Source: Rhizophagus irregularis
Taxonomy: Eukaryota
Length of the DNA stretch: 64,000 nt
NCBI RefSeq assembly: GCF_026210795.1
Contig: NC_089435.1
Span: forward strand, 4,712,001-4,776,000
Reading direction: 5' to 3'
In this document: one piece after another, positions 27,456 to 39,425 of the stretch
Position numbering within the stretch: the first letter of the stretch is position 1
How the letters are laid out: each line of letters starts with the position of its first letter
Translations under genes and position numbers: made by a program
The notes under the pieces: generated by a model
Seen by the model: only the letters and a program-made list of their open reading frames with translations
Databases searched by the model: none
Told to the model about the DNA's origin: nothing

Positions 27456-28835
27456 ATGTTTGATAAAAATGAAAAAAGTGCTTCGTTGGAAATATTCCTG
27501 GATGAAGATTTTGAAGGTACAATGTATGGTCTTCCTGAAGAATCATTAGGATGTAAACTAGGAGGAAAGGTCGTTCTTAATAATACAAAGGCAATTCAAG
27601 CAAAATATTTATTATTTGTCTTTGCTGGGAAAATAATTGTTGCATGTGGACCTCCTATGTCATCTTCAAGGCCAGAATGTAAATAAATAATTTTTTGACA
27701 TAATATATATTAATTCTTAATTCTTATCCACCTTTTTTTTTTAATTAATAAAATTTTTTTCGTTTACAAAAAAATAACAGACAGCGAAATTAAAACCATA
27801 TTTCGAAAAGAATGTTTATTTCATGATTCAGCAACATCCAATAAGAAAATTCCTGCCGGAACACATGAATATTATTTTGAATTTGAACTTCCAGGAAATT
27901 TACCATCATCATTCAAAGGATCACGTGGAAAAATTGAATATTATTGTACAGCAGTTCTCTCAAGACCAATATTCCGTAACGATTTAATAGTAAAGAAAAT
28001 TGTAAACATTAAACGTTGTTTAATGGACGAAACGCGAGCAGCACAAACACATCATACCACATTTACCGAAGGAATTTTGGATGAAAAGATTCATTATCAA
28101 ATTAGTACTCCTATTATGACATTTCGTGAAGGTGGTTTAGTTCAAAATGAATTAATATTAAAATCTGACAATATTGGTACTGCTATTGAAGCTATCGAAT
28201 ATGGATTAAAAGAACATATTCATTATCACACAACTGGTGAAGAGGCTACGGCTGTTATAGCGAATGTTAATGAAGAACGTTATCCTCTCGGTAAGAGACG
28301 AATTAAAATCGATCCAGATAGTAATGATGGAGACCCAATTATGATTAATTTTCGTTTATGTCCATGGGTTAATTGTGATGTAAATTCTGAATTAATTGAT
28401 GTTATTCATAAGTTATCGTTTACCATTTGCGTTACGGAGGCAGTTAACCTTTGCAGCGATAATGAAAGTGTTTTATCTGAAGCGACAAATCGAAGGAGTA
28501 GTCGTAGAATATCTTTTGGAAGAAATCCAAATAGAAGACATAGTTCAAGAACTATGTCTCTATCAAATCTATCAAATATCATAAATTCTCAAAGAAATAC
28601 ACTTGTATCTAAGGTTGAAAGGAAACGATTACATTTTGAAATTCCGATCATAGTAACGACAAAATCTATCAAACCGAGTCAAGAATCTCTTTCTGATACT
28701 TTAATTGATCGACCCCCATCCTATGCGATTGCTTCAATGGTTTCTCCACCTCCTGAGTATGTCGATATAGGCATGCCTGAATTTTCGACGCATGAAAATT
28801 TAGAAACTGATTATGTAGTATACGATTTATTATAA
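27456..28835 (+). CDS. Alpha-arrestin (ART-type ubiquitin-ligase adaptor), 425 aa; exons 27456-27678, 27781-28835
   Basis: Arrestin_N signature IPAGTHEYYFEFELPGNLPSSFKGSRGKIEYY; C-terminal PPSY and PPEY (PY) motifs. Confidence 0.87.
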
Positions 28836-29424
28836 ATTTTATAGTACGGGATAAGGGATATTCTTTGTAATGTATTGTAATTTTTATTTCTAAAAATTGT
28901 ATAAAAGTAATTAATTTAATAATTTATTAAAAATTTAAGTTTTTCGAATCGTTGATCGAGTCGTTTATTTAATTTTCGCGCATATTGTATAGCGATGTTA
29001 TAACGAAGTGTGTGTATCCCTTCAACAATAAATTTGATAGTAAATTCTAGAAACGAAAAGATATGAGAGATAATTTGGATAGTTCACTAATTTAAAGGTT
29101 CGCCCACGCGACTTTAAGGCATGTGACTTTAATTCCGTAACGCCTTTTAGTGATTAATTGACCGATATTTTTATACTGAAATCAGTATTAGTAGCATCAA
29201 TTCCTATTAGTTAGAATAGTGATATCGGTTTTCGACCATGTTTACGTTTAATTATAGTTGTAATGACTTTAAATAAGTATATATAATTTAATTAATTATA
29301 CATACTGTTATTTTATTTAATTCTAATTCTAATAATACATAAATTTATCTATACAAAAAATTATCTTATTCAAATATATAAGTAAATTTCTAAGATAACA
29401 TGTTAATTTATAATTGATCAATAA

Positions 29425-31087
29425 TTATTTACTGGGCCTTTTCCATCTTGTGATAGTATTCCGAATTCTCGTATCACCACTGTCTATTAAATTTTTTCTT
29501 GCTTCACCAATAAGTTTAGTATAAGTTGATAATATTCTACAACAATCTCTAGGACCACTTATAAAATAATCAGATTGTATGCATATTAATTTATCCAAAA
29601 TTCCATGTATACCTGAATTATTAAATTCTGAATCATAATATTCATTATTTCTAAATTCTTTGAGAGCATTTAAAGAAATCCAAGTATTAATATCAAATGT
29701 TGAATTAAGCATTTGAATTGCTAATTTATGATATTTTTCTACTCTATAAAATGTACTTGAAGCTGATTTACCTCCTGAAATAGGATAATCTGTTGCAAGA
29801 TATATATTATTTATTCCTACTTTTGTTTTAAGATTATTAATCATCTTAATTAATTCACTAGCACAATTTGGCATTTTCTGAGGTATACCTTGTTCCATTC
29901 TCCAATGAATACAATAATATGGTTGTAATTTATTTCTAATTTCATTTGCTTGATTTAAAATATGAGGAGCAAATGGTATTTGTTCTTCAATTAATGGAAA
30001 CATTTGTTTTCTACAACGATTTCGAATTAATAATACAGGAGATTTTCTATTTTTAAGATTTTCCGTTAAAAAATTAAACATTTTAAATTCAAAATCTTTT
30101 ATCATAATTTTTCCAGAATGAAATTCAATATAATCAGATATATTTAAATTGAATTGATCCAAACATAAATTATTAATAAGTTTTTTTCCATATTGTACAC
30201 CTTGTTCAATAGAAATATAATCATGATCTCTTATAGAATAAGAATCATTTCTACCATCTTCTATTAACCAAGTATGTAAAGTATCAGGTTTAATTAAAAG
30301 TTCTTCTGTCCATTCTTTAAAAGTTTGTTGTGTCATAAATTTTACTCTTGGAAACATTTCTTTCATTTTTTCTAAATCATAATAAAATTCAAAAGGAAAT
30401 TTCGTACAACAATCTATTCTTGAATTTCCAACATTAGGTAATACCATTATACGATTAAGTGATTCTGCGAGAAAAGTTAAAGATCTAAGATGAAGGTTTG
30501 CTCTTGTTTCTTGTTCAGGAATAAAATATGGAAACATGAAATTACAAGTCTTTTCACCACAATATTTTAAATTAACTTTTTCATCATGTTCGATTAATTT
30601 TGATCTGTCATTATCAAATTCATTATCAAATTCTTTGGTTATAGCAATCTCTTCTAATGATAATGACTTTTTTTTAAAAATAAATAAATAAATAAATAAA
30701 TAAAAAATTAATAATTGATTTATATTAATAAAAAAGTACAGTTACTCGATTAAAACTTAGAACTCGATATAACGACTAATACGACATGAAGAATTTCACT
30801 TTAAATATGAACATATAAACGGTATAACGATTATTTTCGGTGAACCTAAGAGTACGTTATATCGAGTTCGCCATATTACTGTTCGTTACATCATATATCA
30901 TATTGAGCTCGTTTATATCGAGTTCGTTATACCAAGTTCGTTATATCGAGTTTGTTATATCGAGTCCTGACTGTAATGTAAAAATACTTACTTGTTTGGT
31001 ATCTGTATCATCCGTACCAAATACTAAAAATGATGTAATCCATATAATATATGCGATTGTAACAATCAATACTACTTTCCTTAACAT
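29425..31087 (-). CDS. O-fucosyltransferase-fold (POFUT2/GT68-like) type II membrane protein, 445 aa; exons 31087-30992, 30666-29425
   Basis: Signal-anchor exon MLRKVVLIVTIAYIIWITSFLVF; motifs PEQETRAN, IHWRME, IYLATDYP, ILDKLICIQSDYFISG..STYT. Confidence 0.82.
30739..30973. mobile_element. pogo/Tigger-like (Tc1-mariner superfamily) MITE inside the intron of the 29.4-31.1 kb gene
   Basis: TA-CAGT...ACTG-TA ends, with inverted subterminal repeats CTCGATATAACGA / TCGTTATATCGAG. Confidence 0.75.
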
Positions 31088-31927
31088 GATGTTTTCAAAA
31101 AGATATACAGTACAAAGAATGAAGTTTTAGAATATAATGATTTGAGAAAGGGAATGATAATAGGAATAATGAAAGATGATGGTGGTATGTATGAAGGGGA
31201 GATGGTATAAAATATAATATGTTTTAATTATTCAGTTTACTTGTAGGAAGCATGAAAATCTTCGTGAAGCGACGAAAAAAAGAAAGGAATGATATTTCGA
31301 TATGAAAAGTAATGGGTCGGAAAAGAAAAAAAAATGAAATGAAAAGTAATGGGTCGAAATATGGATCGGAAAAAAGAAAAAAAAATGAATGGAAATATGG
31401 ATTGAAAAGATATGGAAATAATTAATGAGTTAAAAGATGATATGGGAGTAAAAAAAATGATATGGAAATAAAATGATATGGTAGGATTTAAAAAGGATAT
31501 GAATTAAAAAAGAAAGAAAATTTGATTGGTTGATTTTTAAGGTTTAAAATGATGTAAATTATGTTTAAACAGTTGGGATTAAATACCATAGAGCGCATTT
31601 ATGCATTAAATAACAATTATAGGAATGTTCTTATGTTGCATGTCAATGACTTTTTCAAAAATATTTTTTTTTTGTGACACAAAATTAATTAGTTTTAACG
31701 CCGATAACCGAAGTCCCGAACCGAAAATCCTTAAAAGATAAACAAAAGGACAACCGAATTCCAAAGAAAATTAATCTTTTCGATGAACATAGTATGTACA
31801 AATTTATTGGTTCGCTCCCCAAGTTCTCAATTAAACTTTGATTAAAATCGTAATTATTTTATTTGATTTTATTCATTATGTACATAAAATGTCTAACTAA
31901 ATCATAGGGCTACCAATAAAATTTTCT

Positions 31928-33650
31928 TTAATTTTCATACCACATCTCCCAAACGTTCTTTAAATAATAATATTTTTTCCCTACATTTTTTGTTCTCTCT
32001 TCTCGTACTTTCTTTGTATACTTTGATATATAACGACCACATACTTTCGGACAAGATACAAAATAATCGGCTTGTATTAATACTAACTTATCTAATATTC
32101 CTTGTATACCAGCTCCCATTAATTCTTTTTTTATCCATTTATCTTTTGGAAGATAATCAAATGGATGTAAAGAAACCCAAGTATTTAAACTTACAGAAGA
32201 ATTTAATATTTGAATAGCATTAATATGATATTTTGTTATCACGTGGAAAGTTGTAGATTGAGCTTTATTCTCACCTAATAAAGGATAATCAGTAGCTAAA
32301 TATAAATTTTTTATACCAGTTCTACTTTCTTTATCTTTAACCCACTTAACTAAATTTTTTGCACAATCAGGCATCATTTTTGGTTTACCAAGTTCCATCC
32401 TCCAATGACTTGCAATATAAGGTCTTAATTTTTCTGATATAGAATTTGCAGCATCTATAATATGGTTAGCATAATCTAATGAACTAAGAGGTTTAAATAA
32501 AGGATAACGTATTTCATGTTTAATTAATAAAACTTCAGCATTTGTATCTAATTCTTTTAATATTAAATTTTCAAAAGTTTCAAGATTTTTACCCTTACTT
32601 AAATAAATATCTTTAAATATTGTAGTATCATTTAATCTTAAATTAAATAATCTTAAACAATTTGATAAATTTAATTTTTCAACATAAGGTTGAACATGAT
32701 TTACTGTATATGAATGATTTTTGTTGATTGTAATAAATCCATGAAAAGTATCGGGTTTTTCTTTTCTTTCTTTTGTCCAAAATTGAAAATCTTTTTGTGT
32801 AATGAATTTAACATTTGGAAACCTTTTTTGAAGTTTGTCCACATTATAATAAAAATCGAAAGAAAATGGTTGACATGCAAATATATGTGAATTTCCTACA
32901 TTAGTTAATACCATAATTCTATTTAATTTTTCGGCTAATTGTACAAATGATAAAAAATGTTGATTTGCTTGAGTTTCTTGTTCTGGTGGATAATAAGCGA
33001 ATAAGAATCTACATGTATTAGATTGACAATATTTTTGATTTATTATGATGTCAACATGAAAAGTTGGAGTTGATGTAGTATTAGTTGATGGGGATGTTGT
33101 TGGCGTTGATGGGGATGAAGTATTAGTTGGAGTTGATGGGGATAATGTCATTATAGCCTTCAAATAAATCGAAAAAAAAATGTTAAATAAATCGAAAAAA
33201 AACAATTCCGTCGGGTATCTTAATCGGATATACAGATATTCATAATATTGTTGATTACGCGATTATACTATATTTTGCCAAGATTACACCAATTTCCATT
33301 ACTCCGTTACACCGGTATTGCATCTCCGTACACACTTTCCATAAATATATTATCCGTTGATAATAAGTACCCGATAAATTATTAATGAAAGAAATGATAC
33401 TTACATCTTTCGATTGCGATTGTGAAGGTGATTGTGAAGGTGATTGCGATTGAATAATTGAAATTGGTTCTCCAATTTCTCCAATATCAGGTTGAGTCGA
33501 TGAGTTAGTTATATTATCATTATTAACATTATTATTTTTATAAAAGTATAAATAACTAATAAGACTCCAAAATATGAATATTATTAAGAGCAATTTAAAT
33601 GTTTCTCGATTCCAAGAAATGTTTATGTTTACAATCGGTTGTTTGAACAT
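31928..33650 (-). CDS. O-fucosyltransferase-fold (POFUT2/GT68-like) type II membrane protein with an S/T/P-rich stem, 491 aa; exons 33650-33405, 33157-31928
   Basis: TM exon, phase-0 intron; motifs YYPPEQETQAN, SHWRME, LYLATDYP, ILDKLVLIQADYFVS. Confidence 0.82.
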
Positions 33651-35647
33651 TTTGAGTTATTTTCTTTTCTTTTTCTACGTATAATATATAATATATAATA
33701 AATAGTATGTAATAAATATATAATTTATATAATTTAATATGAGAGAACAAAAAAAAAGTTTTTTTATTTATGAAATAATTTGATTTATAAAGAGAACAAA
33801 ATGGTTGACAAGAAATGGGGAATTGAAAATTGAGACAAATATAATATAAATACATTTTGTGATTATTTGATGGGTTATGCCCGTAAGAGCTTTGCCCGTA
33901 AGAAAAAATAATTTTATGTTTATGTTTACTATTATTACTACTAATATTATACGAACACAATTAAAGAAGGTACAATTTTAATACATATTTCTTATTTTAG
34001 AGATGTTTTTTTGCAATTTATAATTGATTATCAATCTTTTTTGTTTCATGTTAATATGGTAAAAAATGGTATAATGATTTGAAATTCGCATGATACAATA
34101 ACAAAAACATGGGAAAATATATCCAAAAATATTAAATATTATGATATCAGAATAGAAATTTAAACGAATCAAAATTCTGTTGCAAAGAAAATGTAGCATA
34201 CAATATAATATGCTGCATGTCATTTAATATTTCGGGTACATTATTTTGTGTACTTTATTTCGGGTACATTTGTTTACGGTTCTACGTACTCTTTAACTAT
34301 TTATAGATTTTGTAAAGCTGTCAAAGATATCTGCTTTGCATTAATTTTAAGAAATGAATATTTTAAAATTAGATATAGTACTAGATGTACAATATGTTTG
34401 TGACATTAATTCTTTTAAAGAAATATTTGAATTCCCTTTATGTTTTATTATGTACTATATACACCATAATAACTTAATATTGCTCATGTAAACAAATATA
34501 TATATATATATTACAAAGAAAAATGATAAGGCGTTAGAAAAGTTAAAAGGAGGAATTTTGAAAGTAATCTCAAAAAAAAAACGTGGATTAGTGTCATCTG
34601 GATAACGTATTTTTGCGAATTGTGTTTGTAATGTTACGTTTTGTGTAAAAAGAACGGATCAACAGAAAATTTTAAAAAAAACTTTAAAATTTGAAATTAT
34701 TTGTGAAACAAATCTTTTCTTAGTTCATACATTTCATATATTATTGTATATTACTTTATTAATATCTTCATTAATCAATATATCAAACGAAACTGATGAT
34801 TATTCTAATGTTTCTTTGAACTTTGTAGTGATAAAATAATAATTATCACTTTATAAACATTATATGCAATGTACAGTATCACGCAAAAACGACTTGAAAT
34901 TACCGGAATGAATTTTTAATGATAACCAATTTTGATTTCATTGATTTCGAAACTTTAAAGAAAATATTCTGCCAAAATACCATAATTGATCTATTAAAAC
35001 GTAATGTGGAGTACCTTTTTGTTTAGCCTATTATCATTTAAATGATTGAAGGTAATTTAAAAGTAATTAACATGTGATTATACCGTTTAATTAATGCATT
35101 ACATATACATCATATATGAAAAAAAGTGAAAAAAAAAAGGATTTTTGTAGTGCATATGTAACACGATAAAATCGATTATGCACATCAAAAAGGATTTCTA
35201 TAAACAGAGCACCTTCTTTTTGAAAAAAAGATAAAAAAAAAAAACTTATTGCAAAATTACTTTATTAGGAGATTGATATAGATTATTAGTTATTTTATTT
35301 ATTGTTAGGATTGTCCTGGAATTATAATAATCCGTTCTTTCAACTTTGATTTCAAATATTTCAAAATGGAGTGACTAAAACATTGATTATTCTGGATTAA
35401 CCGAATGACCGTATTACCGGAATTTAAAATACGGAGTATATGATACGGAAGACCCAAATTAAGTTTTTAATTGATGTATAATAACTTTAAATTTCCGTTA
35501 GAATTATCAAACTGATAGTAATGATAAATTTCGTTAGAACGATCAACTGATAGTATTAATCCTATTTTAAATGAATGATATAAAAATAAGTTGATTATAG
35601 AATGAAAAAGCAGTTTTAGTAGATCATTAAAAACTTTACTATTCATT

Positions 35648-35740
35648 GTCGATTAAGTGTTGATTAAGTGTCGATCAAGTTTCGATTTAAGTGCCGATTA
35701 TGCGTCAATCATGCGTCAATTATGTGACAATTAAATGTCG
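35648..35740. repeat. Degenerate 11-bp minisatellite (GTCGATTAAGT-like)
   Basis: About 8 diverging tandem copies. Confidence 0.6.
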
Positions 35741-36063
35741 TCAATATTTTAAATAATTTAGAGAGAAATTAGATTTTTGACCGATTTCTAAAATCCAGTA
35801 AAATACGAATTACAATAGAAAAATATTATTTTACCGAAATATTTAAGTGTTGTAGATCATTAATAAGTTATTGAATGAATGGGAATATCGGTCGAAGATC
35901 ATCCAAATAACTGAGAATACTGCGGTGACCAATAGGTACTAATAACGATTTCAATATTGGATGTCTCATAAAAATATTGGTCATCAAAATTCTAATCGAC
36001 TGGACAATAACAAGATTTATAAATTTAATGTATTGTATTACATTGTATAATTGTGTATTACTT

Positions 36064-36395
36064 AACGGGTCGCATTCGTTTCCCCGACAATTACCTCAGG
36101 GTCATTTCGCAGACAAATGTTCCACTGACAAGGGAATTTAGGAAAAGAGTTAGAGTTAGGTAAGAAAATTAGGATTAGGAATTAGGGTTAGAATTAGGGT
36201 TAGTATAAGGTTAGTGTAAGTGGATTAGAATTTCAAAACTGTCGATGAAATAAATGATTGTAGATAAAATGATCCTGTCGGTAAAATGAATGTTGATGAA
36301 ACGATTGTCAGTGAAATAGTTGTCTTGAAATGATTGTAGGTAAAATGATCCTGTCGGTGAGATAATTGTAGGTGAAATGATTGTACGACACCGTT
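36064..36395. mobile_element. Foldback-type non-autonomous element with arrayed subterminal repeats and a telomere-like core
   Basis: Left end AACGGGTCG..TTTCCCCGACAA repeats; right end has inverted TTGTCGGTGAAATGA-like repeats ending CGACACCGTT; central GTTAGG/TTAGGG-like run at ~36148-36215. No clear TSD. Confidence 0.6.
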
Positions 36396-36412
36396 GGCCT
36401 ACATTAGTTTTA

Positions 36413-36554
36413 CGGCAAAATTCAAAATATACGGGACACTTGAAAGATTTGATTGTCTGGTTGTCGGGTTGTCGGGTTGTCGGGTTGTCGGGTAGCCGGG
36501 TTACTAACCTACTGCCAAATTTCTCAAGTGTCTCGTATATTTTGAATTTTGCTG
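36413..36554. mobile_element. Tc1/mariner-like MITE, 142 bp
   Basis: TA flanks; ~39 bp TIRs C(G/A)GCAAAATTCAAAATATACG(G/A)GACACTTGA; internal (TTGTCGGG)n. Confidence 0.8.
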
Positions 36555-37278
36555 TAACAGTAACCAATCTTTAGCGGTAATTTAAAGGTAGAAACAAATT
36601 TTATTCTTGTCGATACATGCATCAAATAATAGGGATAATCATAGGAAAATATAAATAAAAAAAATTTTTTTTTTTCTACAATTAATTAATTAAACAAAAA
36701 AATTATCCAACGCTAACGCTACCGCTACACTGCCGCTAAATTACCGTTACCCGATCAATTACCGTTACATCAATATTACTACCACTACCGCTATACCATT
36801 ACTCTATTATTGAACTCTATACCATACATCCCAAAATGAGTTGATTTTTTTCTTTATTTCTTTCTTTCTAGCTTCACGTACTTTTTTTGTAAATTTAGGT
36901 TGATAACGACCACGAAATTTTGGACAAGAAACAAAATAATCAGCTTGTACTAAAACTAATTTGTCTAAAATTCCTTGTAAACCATCAGCACCCATTAATT
37001 CATTTTTTTTATAAATTTATCATCTTTTGGTAAATAATTAAAAGCATTCATTGAAAACCCAAGTATTTAAATTTATTGTAGAATTTAATTTTTTTTATAG
37101 CAATAGTATTTAAGTAGTATATTATCTCTTGTTAAAGGATAATCAGTAGCTAAATAAAAATTTTTTATATCATTTTTAAATTGTTTATCTTTTAAATCAT
37201 TTATTAAATTATCAGCAGGCATTAATCTTTGTATTCCATGTTCCATTCTCCAAGCATTTGTATTATTAAATTCTTTTA

Positions 37279-37493
37279 CCGTATAGCACTGCTCAATTTC
37301 AGCGATTTAAAAATTAAATTATACCCGGGTGTGTACGTTCATCCTGTCAGTATGAGACAAATTTAATATATGAAAATTTTAAATTTGATTTATAATATTG
37401 GTTAAATATTCTAATTTTAGGAAATAAAATATGGTATATCGAGATGGGTATTTTATATGGGCGAAGGGGGGTCTCTTAGTCAGTGCTATACGG
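37279..37493. mobile_element. pogo/Tc1-mariner-like MITE inserted in the pseudogene, 215 bp
   Basis: Perfect 13-bp TIR CCGTATAGCACTG / CAGTGCTATACGG with a TA duplication. Removing it restores NLLIKEFN (paralog NLILKELD). Confidence 0.88.
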
Positions 37494-38014
37494 TATTAAA
37501 AGATTATCACCATCACCAGAATTTAATACCTTTAAATATAGTTGTATCATTTAATCAAAAAATCTTAAACAATTTCTTTGATTTAATTTTTTGACATAAG
37601 GTTTAACAATTTTTATCAAATATTTTGGAAATGAAACCATGAAAAGTATTGGGTTTATCAAACTTTTTTGAAGTTTTTTACGTTATAATAAAAATCAAAA
37701 GGGAAAGGTCTACAAGTAAATATATGAGAATCTCCAACATTAGTTAATTAGTTAATACCATAATTCTATTTAATCTTTCAGCTAGTAATTGTAAAAATGA
37801 TTAAGAAATGTTGATTTGCTTGAGTTTCCTGTTCTGGTGGATAATAAGCGAATAAGAATCTACACGTATCAGATTGACAATTTATTTCAATATCACTAAT
37901 TGAAGGAGTAGTAGTAGCAGGATTGGATTTGATAGTGTAGGAGCTGATGGATTTAACGGAATAATGGATTTGAAGGAGTAATAGTAATAGGGATAGAGTA
38001 GGAGTTGCTTGATG

Positions 38015-38200
38015 CCCTGTAAAAAAAGTCGATCCGTTTTTTATATTCCATCTTTTTTCCATAAAAGCCTCGTATTTCCGGAATTAATAACCTTAGATCA
38101 CGGAATTTAACAAATTATTTACATTTTCCATGAATGAATTCATGAAAGGCTCACTTTTACGGAGTTTTTACAGAAATAACGGATAAAATTTTTTATAGGG
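38015..38200. mobile_element. Short TIR element with a 3-bp TSD (possibly CACTA/EnSpm-like), 186 bp, inserted in the pseudogene stem region
   Basis: CCCTGTAAAAAA / TTTTTTATAGGG (1 mismatch), flanked by ATG on both sides. Removing it restores the local repeat ...TGATGGATTTAA. Confidence 0.7.
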
Positions 38201-38451
38201 ATGGATTTAATGGTTTGAAGAAGTAGTAGGATTTGATAGAGTAATGGATTTAATGGGTTTGGAGAGGTTGTAGGATTTGATAGAATAGGAGCTGATGGAT
38301 TTAATGGGCTTGGAGGGGTTGTAGAGTTGATAGAATTGCAGGAGTTGATTGATTTGGCGGATTTGATAAAGTCACAGGAGTTGATTGATTCGGCGGATTT
38401 GATAGTGTCACAGGAGTTAATGTTAGTTTTGTAGGGTTCACCTTTTGAATA

Positions 38452-38650
38452 TGTAAAAAATGAACAACGCGTAAAAAAATGAAAAAAATGAACAACGTGT
38501 AAAAAAATGAAAAAATGAACGTGTAAAAAATGAAAAAAAAAATGAAGCAACGTGTAAAAAAAATGAAAAAAATGAAGCAACGTGTAAAAAATGAAAAAAA
38601 TGAACAAGGCGTAAAAAAATGAATAGGTGTAAAAATGAATAAGTGCAAAA
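38452..38650. repeat. A-rich minisatellite (AAAAAATGAACAACGTGTAAAA-like)
   Basis: About 7 degenerate tandem copies; source of spurious F/H-rich ORFs. Confidence 0.8.
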
Positions 38651-39239
38651 ATATACATATATAAAAATGATAAGTGAATAAGGTATAAAATTTTTAGGTT
38701 AATAGATAATACATGAAAGTGTTGTACATGGTATGACAACATAACAATGTGTTTATACCTACATTTGGAGATTTAACGATTGAAATTTGTTCACCAATAT
38801 CATAAAAAAATGATAACGAAGATTTTGTCGGTTTAATCTATGGGAAAGTATAAAAAGCGTTATAAAAGCAGATTATGTATGTAGTATAGATCGACATCGG
38901 ATTTACACACTTTACATCGTCCGATTGGGTCGGTTTTTTGATTGATTTGACAAGTTTGACAAGAAAAAAATAATAATAATATTTTTTAATAATAAATACA
39001 TTGAATGTTAATAATACTTTTTAATAATAAAATACTTTTAATGTAACTATAAAAAGATTAGGATTATTTTTATTTTTTTTTAAATTTTTAATTAAAATTT
39101 GCTAATACAAGAAGAATTTATAATTTACACTCAATTTGAGAATGAATTATTGATATTTGTTCACCAATATCTTTATCTTTATCGTTAATATCATTAATAT
39201 CACATCATAAGAATAATTCTATATTATAAATATTAAAGC

Positions 39240-39425
39240 AATTATCGCCGTTTTCAAAATAGTGTACGCAGTTTATTTGTGATTGTATATTCGAATACCC
39301 AATATTCGCCCAGGTTTCATCCGTTTTTTGTCCATATTTCGTCCGGTTTTCGTCCGGTTTTTCGGGTTTCTTTTTTTTTTTATTCAAATTTAACTGCGTA
39401 CATCATTTTGAAAACGGCGATAATT
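39240..39425. mobile_element. Short TIR element (MITE family A, copy 2)
   Basis: ~38 bp inverted repeats AATTATCGCCGTTTTCAAAAT..TGTACGCAGTT / AACTGCGTACATCATTTTGAAAACGGCGATAATT. Confidence 0.8.

Larger units (their letters stand above)
36807..38441 (-). pseudogene. Disrupted paralog of the 31.9-33.7 kb O-fucosyltransferase-like gene
   Basis: Collinear fragments CQSDTCRFLFAYYPPEQETQANQHFL, WRMEHG, FYLATDYPL, GLQGILDKLVLVQADYFVSCPK, broken by frameshifts, deletions and two TE insertions. No TM exon found. Confidence 0.88.

Noticed and set aside
36148..36215. True telomere or chromosome-fusion scar
   Set aside because: The run is short, degenerate, in one orientation and sits between inverted repeats of a TE-like element.
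38140..38742. 200-aa and 115-aa F/H-rich ORFs
   Set aside because: They are translations of an A-rich minisatellite joined to frameshifted pseudogene stem repeats.
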